A DNA stretch of 64,000 nt from an uncultured Rhodospirillaceae bacterium. Lineage in GTDB: Bacteria > Pseudomonadota > Alphaproteobacteria > UBA11136. The notes under the pieces were generated by a model. The model did not search any database and was not told the DNA's origin. It was given only the letters and a program-made list of their open reading frames with translations. This document shows, piece by piece, positions 8,832 to 19,025 of the stretch. The position numbers and the translations under genes are program-made. How positions within the stretch are numbered: the first letter of the stretch is position 1; each line of letters begins with the position of its first letter. The stretch is from contig CAYZWF010000005.1 in the NCBI GenBank assembly GCA_964482135.1, forward strand, positions 4,025 through 68,024. Direction: 5' to 3'.

Positions 8832-10649
8832 TCAGGAATCGGGTTTATCCTCGGCATCGTCCTGTCCGTTTGCGGAATCAACCGGTCCGTTTTCGGCATC
8901 GCCCAATCCATTTTCCAGCTTGGCTTCGAGGGCGGCGGCCAATTCCGGCGTCGGGTCGAGATTAAGTGCGCGGCGCCACTGGAAGCGCGCCTCGTTACGC
9001 CGCCCCGTCCGCCAATAGGCGTCCCCAAGGTGATCGTTGATGGTGGAATCATGGGGCCGCAATTCCACCGCACGCTCCAGTTCCCGCACGGCACCTTCGA
9101 ACTCACCGAAACGGAACAGTACCCAGCCCAGAGAATCCACGATGTAGCCGTCGCGGGGTTTAAGTTTCACGGCCTGTTCGATTATCTCACGCGCGCGCTC
9201 CAGATTGATCCCCTGATCAACCCAGGAATAACCGAGATAATTGAGCACGTAGGGCTGGCCGGGCTGTAATTCCAACGCCCGCAACAGGTCGTCTTCCGCG
9301 CGCTGCCATAATTTCGCGCGCTCCAGGGCGATGCCGCGGGCATATAGAAGCGCCCAGTGGCGTGGCTCCAGTTCATCAATGCGCGCAACCGCTTCGTCAT
9401 AAGCGGCAATGGCTTCCTTGAAGCGTTCCCTGGTTCGCAGGATGTCGCCCGTGCTGACCAGGGCCTCCACCCGTTCGGGCCGGTCTTTGGACAAAGCGCG
9501 TAACACGGCCAGAGCCTCTTCGGTACGGTTGAGTTCGTCCAGGATCAAGGCCACGCGCAAATCCGCCATCCAGCGATGGGGCGTGCCCGGACGGATGCTT
9601 TCATAGAGGGCTTTGGCGGTTTTCTTGCGTCCCTGGAGTTCATAAATTTCAGCGAGCAAGGCTTGGTTGATTGGGAAATCAGGCCGCAGGAATCCCGCCA
9701 GACGGGAATAGATGAGGGCCATCTTGGTCGCCCCTTCCTGATGCAGGGCGCTGGAGATATTGAACAGGGCCTCGGCCATGCCCTCACGCACCGAATTCAC
9801 CACGGGCTCGGGCATCTTGTTGTCTTCAAGCCGCGCCAGGGCGGGCTCGATCATGGAGGCATTGGCCACGTTCTCAAGATAGTTCCGGTAAATTTCCATA
9901 GCCTTTTCGGAATGCCCGGAACGCTCGAGGAAATTACCGAAAATTTCCACCAGCCTGAAGGAGGAAGGGGGGCCGCTCAAGAGGGCATTTTCATAGCTCT
10001 CCATCGCCTTTTCCTTGTCGCCCGATACGTCCTGGATCAACCCCAGATGCAGATCCCGCAAGACGGCAAAACCGCTGTTCTCGGACAGGGGCGCCAACGC
10101 CATCTCCGCCTCCATACCGAGCCCCTGCCCGGACAGCACCCAGGACAGCATCAAGGGCTTGAGAAACTTGTTGAATCCTTCTTCGGGAAGGGAACGCAGC
10201 TTAACCTCGGCCAGGTGCAAATTCCCTTCCACCACATCGCTCAGCGCCAGGGTAAGAATAGGCAGGGTCGCTTCGGGGCTGATCTCGGTGGCGCGTTCGG
10301 CAAGGGAATTTGCTTTGTCAAAACGCCCTTCTTCCATCATCAACAGAAAAGCGCGGTTGAGAAGTTCAAGATTGTCTGGATCGGCGGCCAAAGCCTGGAG
10401 AAGAAAATCCCCCGCCGCACCGGCCTCGCCATGCCGTGCGGCGTGGAGCCCCGCCAGATAGCTCCCCGGCGAGGATGAAGGCTGTGCCTCCGTCTCTTCC
10501 GTCTCGGCCTTGTCCGTGGATGGGGGCGCGCCCTCATCGGCGTTCTTGACCACGCATCCCGCAACCGTCAAACCGGCCACGGCAACAGCGGCGGCAAGGC
10601 ATAGCTTTTTGTACGTGAAAAGAGACAATGCTGACGGAATCAGCCGCAA
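8832..10649 (-). CDS. Tetratricopeptide repeat protein, probable lipoprotein
   Basis: Lipobox VAGC after a hydrophobic stretch; TPRs (LNYLGYSW, IVDSLGW, INDHLGDAYW); usual neighbour of ispE. Confidence 0.85.
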   Translation of the reverse strand: MRLIPSALSLFTYKKLCLAAAVAVAGLTVAGCVVKNADEGAPPSTDKAETEETEAQPSSSPGSYLAGLHAARHGEAGAAGDFLLQALAADPDNLELLNRAFLLMMEEGRFDKANSLAERATEISPEATLPILTLALSDVVEGNLHLAEVKLRSLPEEGFNKFLKPLMLSWVLSGQGLGMEAEMALAPLSENSGFAVLRDLHLGLIQDVSGDKEKAMESYENALLSGPPSSFRLVEIFGNFLERSGHSEKAMEIYRNYLENVANASMIEPALARLEDNKMPEPVVNSVREGMAEALFNISSALHQEGATKMALIYSRLAGFLRPDFPINQALLAEIYELQGRKKTAKALYESIRPGTPHRWMADLRVALILDELNRTEEALAVLRALSKDRPERVEALVSTGDILRTRERFKEAIAAYDEAVARIDELEPRHWALLYARGIALERAKLWQRAEDDLLRALELQPGQPYVLNYLGYSWVDQGINLERAREIIEQAVKLKPRDGYIVDSLGWVLFRFGEFEGAVRELERAVELRPHDSTINDHLGDAYWRTGRRNEARFQWRRALNLDPTPELAAALEAKLENGLGDAENGPVDSANGQDDAEDKPDS

Positions 10650-10737
10650 ACGGACCTCCTGTTTCAGGCGAAGAAAGATAAGGAGCTACAGGGGCTCAAC
10701 AGACCCCGATAGTATCCTAAGCCCACGTTTTCCGCCA

Positions 10738-12381
10738 TCACATGTTGGGATAATTTGGACCGCCGCCGCCTTCGGGCACCACCCAGTCGATGTTCTGGGT
10801 CGGGTCCTTGATATCGCAGGTCTTACAGTGAACACAGTTCTGCGCGTTGATCTGGAGACGGGGCGCAGCCTCCCCCTCGCGCAGAATTTCATAGACTCCA
10901 GCCGGGCAATAACGCTGTTCCGGCGCATCATAGAGCGCCAGATTGACCGCCACCGGCACGCCTTCGTCCTTCAAGTGGAGATGAACCGGCTGGTCTTCCT
11001 CGTGATTGGTGCTGGAAAGCTGGACCGAGGTCAGTCTGTCAAAGGTGAGCTTGCCGTCGGGGGAGGGATAGTCGATGGGCCTGGAGTTGGCCGCTGGCTT
11101 AAGGCTTTCATGATCGGCGTGGTGACGCAGAGTCCAGGGGGCGAGGCCGCGCAAGACAAAGGCCTCCAGCGCCGAATAGATCATGCCCAGCCACAGGCCC
11201 CAGCGGAAGGCGGGGCGGATGTTGCGTTCGCGCTTGAGTTCCCGGCCCACCCAGCTTTCTCTCAAGGCCTTCCCATAGCCCTCGGCCTCGGCACCATCCT
11301 TGGCCCCGTCCTTGCCATCGGCAAGCACCGCGAACACGGCCTCGGCCGCCAGCATGCCCGACTTCATGGCGGTGTGAGAGCCCTTGATCTTGGGCACGTT
11401 GAGGAACCCCGCGCAATCACCCATGAGAAGCCCGCCCGGGAATGACAATTTCGGGATCGACTGCCAACCGCCCTCGCTGAGCGCCCGCGCCCCATAGGCG
11501 ATACGGCGGCCGCCCTCGAAAACCGGGCGGATGGCGGGATGGGTCTTGAAACGCTGAAATTCCTCATAAGGGCTGAGATGGGGGTTTTCGTAATCCAGCC
11601 CCACCACGAAACCCACCGCCACCTGATTGTCTTCGAGATGATAGAGGAAAGACCCGCCATAGGTGCGCCTGTCCAGCGGCCAGCCCACGGAATGCACCAC
11701 CGTTCCAGGCTTGTGCTGCGCCGGGTCCACCTCCCACAGCTCCTTCAGGCCAAGACCATAGGTCTGGGGATCGGCACCGTCGCGCAGACCGAATGTCTCG
11801 AACAGGCCCTTGGTAAGTGAACCGCGGCAGCCCTCCGCAAACAAAGTCTGGCGCGCCACCAGATCGACGCCGGGTTGGTAATTGGCGCCGGGCTGGCCAT
11901 CCTTGCCCACGCCCATATCGCCGGTGCCCACACCGCGCACCGCGCCGTCGTCGTGGAAAAGAACCTGAGCCGCGGCAAAGCCGGGATAGACCTCCACACC
12001 CAGCGCCTCGGCCTGCTCCGCCAGCCAGCGGCACAGATTACCCAGGCTGATGATGTAGTTGCCGTGGTTGTTCATCTGCGGCGGAGTGGGCAGCCGCAGG
12101 GCGCGATTTTTGGTGAGGAACAGGAAGCGGTCTTTTTCGGCGGGCGTATACAGCGGCGCGCCCAGCGTCTTCCAGTCGGGAATTAGTTCATCGAGGGCGC
12201 GAGTCTCGATGACGGCGCCGGAAAGAATATGGGCGCCCACCTCGGAACCCTTTTCCACCACACAAACACTGATTTCGCGGTCCGATTCCAGGCCCAGCTG
12301 CTTGATGCGAATGGCAGCCGAGAGCCCCGACGGACCGGCGCCGACGATGACCACATCGTATTCCATCATCTCACGCTGCAT
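10738..12381 (-). CDS. etfD: Electron transfer flavoprotein-ubiquinone oxidoreductase
   Basis: [41 protein letters not shown]. Confidence 0.95.
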   Translation of the reverse strand: MQREMMEYDVVIVGAGPSGLSAAIRIKQLGLESDREISVCVVEKGSEVGAHILSGAVIETRALDELIPDWKTLGAPLYTPAEKDRFLFLTKNRALRLPTPPQMNNHGNYIISLGNLCRWLAEQAEALGVEVYPGFAAAQVLFHDDGAVRGVGTGDMGVGKDGQPGANYQPGVDLVARQTLFAEGCRGSLTKGLFETFGLRDGADPQTYGLGLKELWEVDPAQHKPGTVVHSVGWPLDRRTYGGSFLYHLEDNQVAVGFVVGLDYENPHLSPYEEFQRFKTHPAIRPVFEGGRRIAYGARALSEGGWQSIPKLSFPGGLLMGDCAGFLNVPKIKGSHTAMKSGMLAAEAVFAVLADGKDGAKDGAEAEGYGKALRESWVGRELKRERNIRPAFRWGLWLGMIYSALEAFVLRGLAPWTLRHHADHESLKPAANSRPIDYPSPDGKLTFDRLTSVQLSSTNHEEDQPVHLHLKDEGVPVAVNLALYDAPEQRYCPAGVYEILREGEAAPRLQINAQNCVHCKTCDIKDPTQNIDWVVPEGGGGPNYPNM

Positions 12382-12440
12382 GGCGATTCCTTATATTAAT
12401 GTCTGTCGGCAGCGCTCGCCGACCATGCTAAGCTCGCCCC

Positions 12441-13313
12441 ATGAACGCCGACGCCAATCTCAAGAAACTTCTGTTGTGGCAAATGGAGGCCGGGGCCGAC
12501 GAGGCGGTTCTCGATCATCCCGTCAACCACTATCACGCCCAAGCGGGGCAGCGCCAGCGCCAAGAGAATCCACCGCAAGTCCTGAAAAATACTACGAAAA
12601 GTAGGGATATGGCAGAAGGATTGGGCGAAGGTGCGCCAGCACCGGCCCCAAGGCCCTTCCCGCCTTCCAACGCCGCGCCGCCACCCGGGCTCCACACCAC
12701 CGACGAGGCCCTCCACGACGCCCGTAGCCTGGCCCATTCCGCGGAAAGTATGGAAGATTTAGCTGAAAGGCTGCGCACCTATGAGGGATGCAGCCTGAAG
12801 AAGACCGCCACCAACATGGTTTTCGGCGACGGCAATATTGAGGCCCCCATCATGTTCGTGGGCGAGGCGCCGGGCGCCGACGAAGACCGCCTGGGACGTC
12901 CCTTTGTCGGGGTCAGCGGCCAGCTTCTCGACCGTATGATGGCCGCCATCGGCCTCGACCGGGACAGCGCCTATATCAGCAATATTCTGCCCTGGCGGCC
13001 GCCCGGCAACCGCAACCCCACACCGGCCGAGATTTCACTGTGCCTGCCCTTCATCGAACGCCAGATCGAATTGGTGGCGCCCCATATCCTGGTTCTGGTG
13101 GGCGGCACCGCAGCAAAAACCCTGCTTGGCCGTAAGGAAGGAATCATGAAGCTGCGCGGCCAGTGGTTCGACTATGCCAGCCCCGGTTTAAGCTGTCCGG
13201 TGAAGGCGCGGGCCATTTTTCATCCCGCCTATCTGCTGCGTTCGCCAGCCCAGAAACAGAAAGCCTGGCAGGACCTTCTGGAAATAAAGATAAAAATGAG
13301 CGGAGACCTGTAA
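12441..13313 (+). CDS. Uracil-DNA glycosylase family 4
   Basis: FVGEAPGADED..GRPFVG, NILPWRPPGNRNP, FHPAYLLR. Confidence 0.93.
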   Translation: MNADANLKKLLLWQMEAGADEAVLDHPVNHYHAQAGQRQRQENPPQVLKNTTKSRDMAEGLGEGAPAPAPRPFPPSNAAPPPGLHTTDEALHDARSLAHSAESMEDLAERLRTYEGCSLKKTATNMVFGDGNIEAPIMFVGEAPGADEDRLGRPFVGVSGQLLDRMMAAIGLDRDSAYISNILPWRPPGNRNPTPAEISLCLPFIERQIELVAPHILVLVGGTAAKTLLGRKEGIMKLRGQWFDYASPGLSCPVKARAIFHPAYLLRSPAQKQKAWQDLLEIKIKMSGDL

Positions 13314-13341
13314 CACCCTGATAATCCCTAGAAATACAACA

Positions 13342-13362
13342 TTATCCATAGCCTGTGGATAA
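13342..13362. promoter_or_regulatory. Pair of inverted DnaA boxes
   Basis: TTATCCATA (1 mismatch) at 13342-13350 and TGTGGATAA (perfect, reverse) at 13354-13362. Confidence 0.5.
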
Positions 13363-13424
13363 CTATCACCATATATTGTGTGTTTGGGGTTGTCCCGGGA
13401 AGAGGAATTTCGTATTAATCTCAA

Positions 13425-15389
13425 ATGCTGTCGAATAGACCCACCTTTTATCTGGGCCGTTTTTTCGATGGGTTTCATGGGGGGGGAGCCGGCGCTCGGG
13501 CGCTGATCCTGGGTCTCGCCTTGGCCCTTTCCGCCACCGCCCCGTTTCCCGGAAAAGCCGATTCCAGAGGCCTTCTTTCCAAAGAAGGGCTTTCCAAGGA
13601 CGGGAAAGCCGCCGCCGCGCGTGACACCAGAGGCGCCGAAGTGGCGGTGCTGGAGCCTTCCGGCATATCGACAGAACAGATAGTCCCCCTGCCCCGGCCT
13701 CTGAGCGCGGAGGATGAAGGGCGCTATGGGCGTATCTTCCTCCACCAGGAGGCCGGTGAATGGAAGAAAGCGGACCGCCTCATAGGACAGCTGAACAACC
13801 GAATTCTGATGGGCCATGTGCTCTATCAGCGCTATATGCACCCCACCAAATACCGTTCCAAATACAAGGAATTGCGGGACTGGATGGCGCTCTATGCGGA
13901 CCATCCCGGGGCGCGGAAAATCCATAGCCTAGCGCTGAAGCGCCGCCCCGAAAATTACAAATATCCAAAACAGCCGGTGGGCGGTTATTTCTACGGCAGG
14001 GGCACCGACCCCGGCGCCCAGGTGGAAAGCGTTTACGTCTCGAAACGCAAGCGTACAAGGGATCAAAAGGCCCGGGTGACGGCTCTGAAACGCTCCATCA
14101 AACGTTCTGTCCGCCGCGGCGGCCCCACCAAGGCCAAGAAAATTCTCATGGAGAGCCGGGACCGCAGCCTGCTCGACACCACCGAAACCGACCATCTGCT
14201 CTCGGCAATCGCGGCCGGATATTTCGCCGCCGGCAAGGATGCCTTGGCATTGAGCATCGCCGGCGCCGTGGTCAAGCGTTCGGGCATGCGCGTGCCCCGC
14301 GCCTACTGGACGGCGGGGCTGGCGTCATGGCGGCTGGGCCAATTACCCGATGCCGCCCGCCATTTCGAGCCCCTGGCCCTGTCCGACAAGGCTTCGGGGT
14401 GGAGCGTGGCCGCCGCCGCCTATTGGGCGGCGCGTGCCCATCTGCTCACCCGCCAGCCGCAAAAGGTCAACCACTGGCTCAATATCGCCGCCCTTCACAG
14501 CCGCACCTTCTATGGCCTTCTGGCGCGCCGCAATCTGGGTCTTCCCACCTATTTCAACTGGAAAACGCCGCCCCTGACCGAGACCCGGGTGGCGCGCCTG
14601 ATATCGGTTCCCGGCGGAGAGAGAACCCTGGCCCTGTTGCAGCTGGGCCGCCACAGCATGGCCGAGAAGGAACTGCGCAAGATCTACCCCCGGTCCAACT
14701 CTCCCCTGGCTGATTCCCCCTTGGCCGGCGCGGTTTTGGCCGTGGCCAGCAGCGCCAACCTGCCGGGACTGGCCATGCGTATCGGCGCCGAATGGGGCGA
14801 CGACCAGGACATTCCTAATGACGACGCCCTTTACCCGACGCCGAACTGGGCGCTCGACGGCGGCAAGAACGTGGACAGGGCGCTGGTTTTTTCCATTATC
14901 CGCCAGGAATCGCGGTTCAATCCCAACGCTAAAAGCCATGCCGGGGCCCGCGGGCTGATGCAGATCATGCCGCGCACGGCCAATTTCATCGTCGGCAAGA
15001 AGAAGTTCCGTGGCAAGGCGCGCGATCTCCTGCTCAACCCCGAACTTAATATATCACTGGGCCAGACCTATCTGCGGCAGCTTCTCGATCACGAAAATAT
15101 CGGCGGCAATTTGTTCCTGCTGGCGGTGGCCTATAACAGTGGCCCGGGGAACCTCGCCAAGTGGCGGCGCAAAATGAAATACCACAACGACCCGCTGCTG
15201 TTTATCGAGTCCATCCCCAATTCGGAAACCCGCGCCTTCATCGAACGGGTGCTGACCAACCTGTGGATTTACCGCAAGCATCTGGAGCAGCCCACGCCGT
15301 CTCTCGACGCCATTGCCGCCGGTGACTGGCCGCTTTACGCGCCCCTCGACGGAACCGGGATCAAGGTGGCGCAACATGGCGGGAATTAA
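13425..15389 (+). CDS. Soluble lytic murein transglycosylase (SLT domain); start uncertain
   Basis: [41 protein letters not shown]. Confidence 0.9.
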   Translation: MLSNRPTFYLGRFFDGFHGGGAGARALILGLALALSATAPFPGKADSRGLLSKEGLSKDGKAAAARDTRGAEVAVLEPSGISTEQIVPLPRPLSAEDEGRYGRIFLHQEAGEWKKADRLIGQLNNRILMGHVLYQRYMHPTKYRSKYKELRDWMALYADHPGARKIHSLALKRRPENYKYPKQPVGGYFYGRGTDPGAQVESVYVSKRKRTRDQKARVTALKRSIKRSVRRGGPTKAKKILMESRDRSLLDTTETDHLLSAIAAGYFAAGKDALALSIAGAVVKRSGMRVPRAYWTAGLASWRLGQLPDAARHFEPLALSDKASGWSVAAAAYWAARAHLLTRQPQKVNHWLNIAALHSRTFYGLLARRNLGLPTYFNWKTPPLTETRVARLISVPGGERTLALLQLGRHSMAEKELRKIYPRSNSPLADSPLAGAVLAVASSANLPGLAMRIGAEWGDDQDIPNDDALYPTPNWALDGGKNVDRALVFSIIRQESRFNPNAKSHAGARGLMQIMPRTANFIVGKKKFRGKARDLLLNPELNISLGQTYLRQLLDHENIGGNLFLLAVAYNSGPGNLAKWRRKMKYHNDPLLFIESIPNSETRAFIERVLTNLWIYRKHLEQPTPSLDAIAAGDWPLYAPLDGTGIKVAQHGGN

Positions 15390-15912
15390 AGAAAACCGGA
15401 CTTTCCACCCCGTCAACATCGCCCTGCTGACCGTTTCCGACACACGGACCGAGGCCGATGACAAGTCGGGCGATATTCTCGCTGAACTGGTGGCCGAGGC
15501 CGGCCACAAGATCGCGGCCCGGACCATCGTCACCGACGAACAAAAGCAAATCGTCGCTCAGTTGAAGGACTGGATCACCGATCCGGGCGTCGATGTGGTG
15601 ATCGCCACCGGCGGCACCGGCGTCACCGGACGCGATGTAACACCGGAAACCTTCACCCAGGTCTATGACAAGGATATCCCCGGTTTTGGCGAACTCTTCC
15701 GCATGCTGAGCTATGAGAAAATCGGCACTTCCACCATGCAGTCGCGGGCCACCGGCGGCGTCGCCGGGGGCACTTATCTCTTCGCCCTGCCGGGTTCGCC
15801 CGGAGCCTGCCGCGACGGCTGGGAGGACATCCTGCGCTGGCAGCTGGATTCCCGCTATCGCCCCTGCAATCTGGTGGACCTCATGCCGCGCCTGCAGGAA
15901 CATGAGGACTAA
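15376..15912 (+). CDS. moaB: Molybdenum cofactor biosynthesis protein B
   Basis: [37 protein letters not shown]; start MAGIK at 15376. Confidence 0.93.
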   Translation: MAGIKENRTFHPVNIALLTVSDTRTEADDKSGDILAELVAEAGHKIAARTIVTDEQKQIVAQLKDWITDPGVDVVIATGGTGVTGRDVTPETFTQVYDKDIPGFGELFRMLSYEKIGTSTMQSRATGGVAGGTYLFALPGSPGACRDGWEDILRWQLDSRYRPCNLVDLMPRLQEHED

Positions 15913-15953
15913 CCCGCCTCGGGAACGACTCATACCTAACCGTGGAGGCCGTC

Positions 15954-16412
15954 ATGAAACAAACCGCTCTTTACACCGCAGCCGTGATCTTCGTCCTCGT
16001 CTCCCCAGGCCATGAACTCATAAATCTGATGAGCAATGGCGCTCGAAACCGCTAAGACAGGCCAGGAAACGCGCCACAAGCGGGGCCGGCGCCCCGGTGT
16101 TGGGCGTTGACGACGCCTGTCAACGCGGTTTCAGCGCCCGGAGGGTATGGCGAATTTGCCCAACTACATTGTCCACAGACCTTGAAAACCGTGGGGGTTT
16201 CCGGCGGTCTGTCTCCGCCTATCCGAACAAATTAGCTCATACCATTGCCATTACATTTATGAGTTCATGACCTAGCCCACTGGCTGCGCTTTTTTACCGG
16301 TGCCGAAGTCATCATCGGCGGCACCGCGATTTCCCAGGGGCTTTCGGTCATCGCCGGACTGGTCACAGCGGCGCTGGCGGTATGGATGGTGATGGCGGCG
16401 CGGAAACCCTGA
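15954..16412 (+). pseudogene. Small two-TM membrane protein gene (63 aa when rejoined) interrupted by a MITE
   Basis: GGAGG RBS, ATG 15954. Removing 16006-16272 restores MKQTALYTAAVIFVLVSLAHWLRFFTGAEVIIGGTAISQGLSVIAGLVTAALAVWMVMAARKP*. Confidence 0.8.
16008..16272. mobile_element. Non-autonomous miniature inverted-repeat element (MITE), 265 bp
   Basis: Imperfect 31-32 bp TIRs: GGCCATGAACTCATAAATCTGATGAGCAATGG vs reverse complement of right end GGTCATGAACTCATAAATGTAATGGCAATGG; flanks CA/TA (degenerate TA duplication); no transposase ORF. Confidence 0.85.
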
Positions 16413-16418
16413 ACTGAG

Positions 16419-17039
16419 TCAGGAATTTTTCCGCCAGTTGCGGTAGTCCTCGGCCGTATCCACGTCGGGTAACTCCTCGACGAAACCGGCACCCGGACGG
16501 CCCCCAGGATGGGCCTTAAGATTGGCTAAGGTATCGGCCAGGGCATGTTCGCTCGACCAGCGCACGCTAGCAAACAGATCGGGGCAGCGGGGACGGCGGC
16601 GTGCCCCCACCAACCAATAGCCGCCGTCGGGGGCGGGACCGAACACGGCGCCGTATTTCCCCAAAAGCCGGAAGGCCCGCGCCACCTGTCGCGGCTCGAT
16701 ACCGGGAATATCGCTGCCCACGATCACTACCGGTCCGGGGGGCAAAATACGCAGAATACGGTCCATGCGCGCGCCCAAATCACCGCCGCCCTGGACCATG
16801 CGCCGCACCCTCTTGCCCTTCCCGGACCAGGCGCGCGGAGGGAACCTGATGACGTCGGGCGTCGCCGCCAGCCAGGTGGTCCAGCGCCGGTCGCGGCCCA
16901 GACGCCTGAGCAGTCTTTCGCTACAGAGGCGGTAAAACCGTAGAGCGCTCCCCGCGCCCAGATCACGGGCCAGACGCCGTTTCACCCGCCCCATCTGCGG
17001 CGCCCGCACCATGATCACCAGATGGTTGCGCGGTTTCAT
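16419..17039 (-). CDS. TIGR04282-type (DUF2064, CofC-like) transferase
   Basis: GRVKRRLA, QGGGDLGARM, VIVGSDIP, GPAPDGGYWLVG, DVDTAEDY; start MKPRNH overlaps the upstream stop. Confidence 0.85.
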   Translation of the reverse strand: MKPRNHLVIMVRAPQMGRVKRRLARDLGAGSALRFYRLCSERLLRRLGRDRRWTTWLAATPDVIRFPPRAWSGKGKRVRRMVQGGGDLGARMDRILRILPPGPVVIVGSDIPGIEPRQVARAFRLLGKYGAVFGPAPDGGYWLVGARRRPRCPDLFASVRWSSEHALADTLANLKAHPGGRPGAGFVEELPDVDTAEDYRNWRKNS

Positions 17040-17731
17040 GACCCATAAAGCCGAGCGATGAGGCGGGGCGGACAGTTCATGAAATAAAGGACGAGACAGC
17101 CGAGATTGCGTAGCGGACGCCACAGATAACCACCGCGCCGATAACGTGCGGCGCTGGTCACGGCGTGTACATCCAAGGCGGCCAGACGACGACGGCCGAT
17201 ACGGCGCACCAGCGCCACATCCTCCATCAGGGGGAGGGGCGGAAAACCGCCCAGTTCGCGGTAGAAATCCCGCGACAGGAGCAACCCCTGGTCACCGTAG
17301 GGCAAGGCCAGCAGACGGCAGCGCCAGGCCACCAGCCGTTCCAGCCGCCGCGCAGCCGTCGCCTCGTCATCGAGGGCGAAACGAAAATAAGCCGCCCGCC
17401 GGACGTTTTCCTCCGCACCCATGAAGTCCGCCGCCGCCCGCGTCCACCCCGGCTCCAGCGCCGTATCGGCATGAAGAAACAGCAGCCATTGGCCGCCCGC
17501 CGCCTGTGCCCCGGCGGCCAGTTGCCCGCCGCGCCCCGGGGCGCAGGAAATCACCTTCGCCCCCAGCGCCCCGGCCGTATCCGCGGTGGCATCCCGCGAC
17601 CCGCCATCGGCGACGATTATTTCCAGGCTGATCCCCATGCGCTCAGCCGCCGTGATGGCGGTGAGGCAGCGGCCAAGGCTGTCCGCAGCGTTAAGGGTGG
17701 GAATGACGATACTCAGAAACGGTTCCGACAT
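17036..17731 (-). CDS. TIGR04283-type GT2 glycosyltransferase
   Basis: SIVIPTLNAA, VADGGSRD, LLFLHADT, PYGDQGL, LMEDV, TSAARY. Confidence 0.88.
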   Translation of the reverse strand: MSEPFLSIVIPTLNAADSLGRCLTAITAAERMGISLEIIVADGGSRDATADTAGALGAKVISCAPGRGGQLAAGAQAAGGQWLLFLHADTALEPGWTRAAADFMGAEENVRRAAYFRFALDDEATAARRLERLVAWRCRLLALPYGDQGLLLSRDFYRELGGFPPLPLMEDVALVRRIGRRRLAALDVHAVTSAARYRRGGYLWRPLRNLGCLVLYFMNCPPRLIARLYGS

Positions 17732-17836
17732 ACCCCACCATAACCCAGGATTTACAGGCCGTGCAGGGGGAGAAACAGGTCTGTCGCCCGATTAATGTTC
17801 TTGAAATGTTCTTATTCCCCTTTTAGACTAGGCGCC

Positions 17837-18964
17837 ATGGAACAGAACGCATCCGGCTTTCCCTTCGGCGACGACGCTCTCCCCGACCGCGCGGTCAAGG
17901 GACGCGGCGCCATCGGCAATCGTCCCGGACGTTTCGAGACCTTGCGTCATGTGGCGCTGGACGATGGTTGGGACGCCGCAGCACAGGAGGGAGACGAGCC
18001 GCCCCCCGCCCCGCCGGTGGTTACCACCCTGACGGCGGACACCAGCCGCACCGTCATTACCCGCAACGATTCCCCCGACGTTTCCTTCGACCGTTCCGTC
18101 AATCCCTATCGCGGTTGCGAACATGGCTGCGTCTATTGTTTCGCCCGCCCCAGCCATGCCTATCTCGATCTCTCCCCGGCCCTGGATTTTGAGACCCGCA
18201 TTCTCACCAAGCCCGAGGCGCCGCGCCTTCTGGCCGAAGAATTGCGCCACCCCGGCTATCAACCCGCGCCGCTGGCCCTGGGCTCCAATACCGACCCCTA
18301 TCAGCCGGTGGAGCGCCGTCTCAAGATCACCCGGGGCATTCTCGAAGTACTGGCGGCCTTTTCACATCCCGTAACCATCGTCACCAAATCAGCCCTGATC
18401 CTGCGCGATCTCGACATTATCGCCCCCATGGCCGCCAGGGGGCTGGCCAATGTGGCGGTCTCCATCACCACCCTCGATGATGGTCTCGCCCGCCGCATGG
18501 AACCACGGGCGGCGACACCCGCACGGCGGCTGGAGACCCTCAGCGCTCTGTCACGGGCCGGGATTCCCACGGCGGTTATGGCCTCGCCCATGATTCCCGG
18601 CCTCAACGACCACGAACTGGAACGTATTCTCGAAGCCGCCGCGGAAGCCGGAGCGCACACGGCGGGCACGATTCTGTTGCGGCTGCCCCACGAGCTGAAA
18701 CCCATCTTCACCGATTGGCTCGACGTGCATTTCCCCGACCGCGCCCGGCGCGTGCTCAACCTGCTGCGCCAATGCCGCGCCGGTGAGCTTAACGAGAACG
18801 GCTTTGGCCGGCGTATGACCGGAGGCGGCGTGGTGGCGGCCATGATCAACCGCCGTTTTCGACTCTCCTGCAGGCGGTTGGGCCTGGAGAAAGGTGTGCC
18901 TGCCCTCGACTGTGGACAGTTCAACCCGCCGCCGCGCCCCGGAGACCAGCTCAGCCTTTTCTAA
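17837..18964 (+). CDS. PA0069/Rv2578c-family radical SAM protein
   Basis: NPYRGCEHGCVYCFARP CX3CX2C motif, GSNTDPYQP, C-terminal QLSLF. Confidence 0.9.
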   Translation: MEQNASGFPFGDDALPDRAVKGRGAIGNRPGRFETLRHVALDDGWDAAAQEGDEPPPAPPVVTTLTADTSRTVITRNDSPDVSFDRSVNPYRGCEHGCVYCFARPSHAYLDLSPALDFETRILTKPEAPRLLAEELRHPGYQPAPLALGSNTDPYQPVERRLKITRGILEVLAAFSHPVTIVTKSALILRDLDIIAPMAARGLANVAVSITTLDDGLARRMEPRAATPARRLETLSALSRAGIPTAVMASPMIPGLNDHELERILEAAAEAGAHTAGTILLRLPHELKPIFTDWLDVHFPDRARRVLNLLRQCRAGELNENGFGRRMTGGGVVAAMINRRFRLSCRRLGLEKGVPALDCGQFNPPPRPGDQLSLF

Positions 18965-19025
18965 AAAGACGGCGAAAGGCTACTGACGCTCCTTCCGGGC
19001 GGGGGATCGTGATAGACTCCTCCCC

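Noticed and set aside
13320-13425. Replication origin
   Set aside because: Only two DnaA boxes, no extended DUE and none of the usual oriC neighbours (dnaA, hemE, parAB, gidA)
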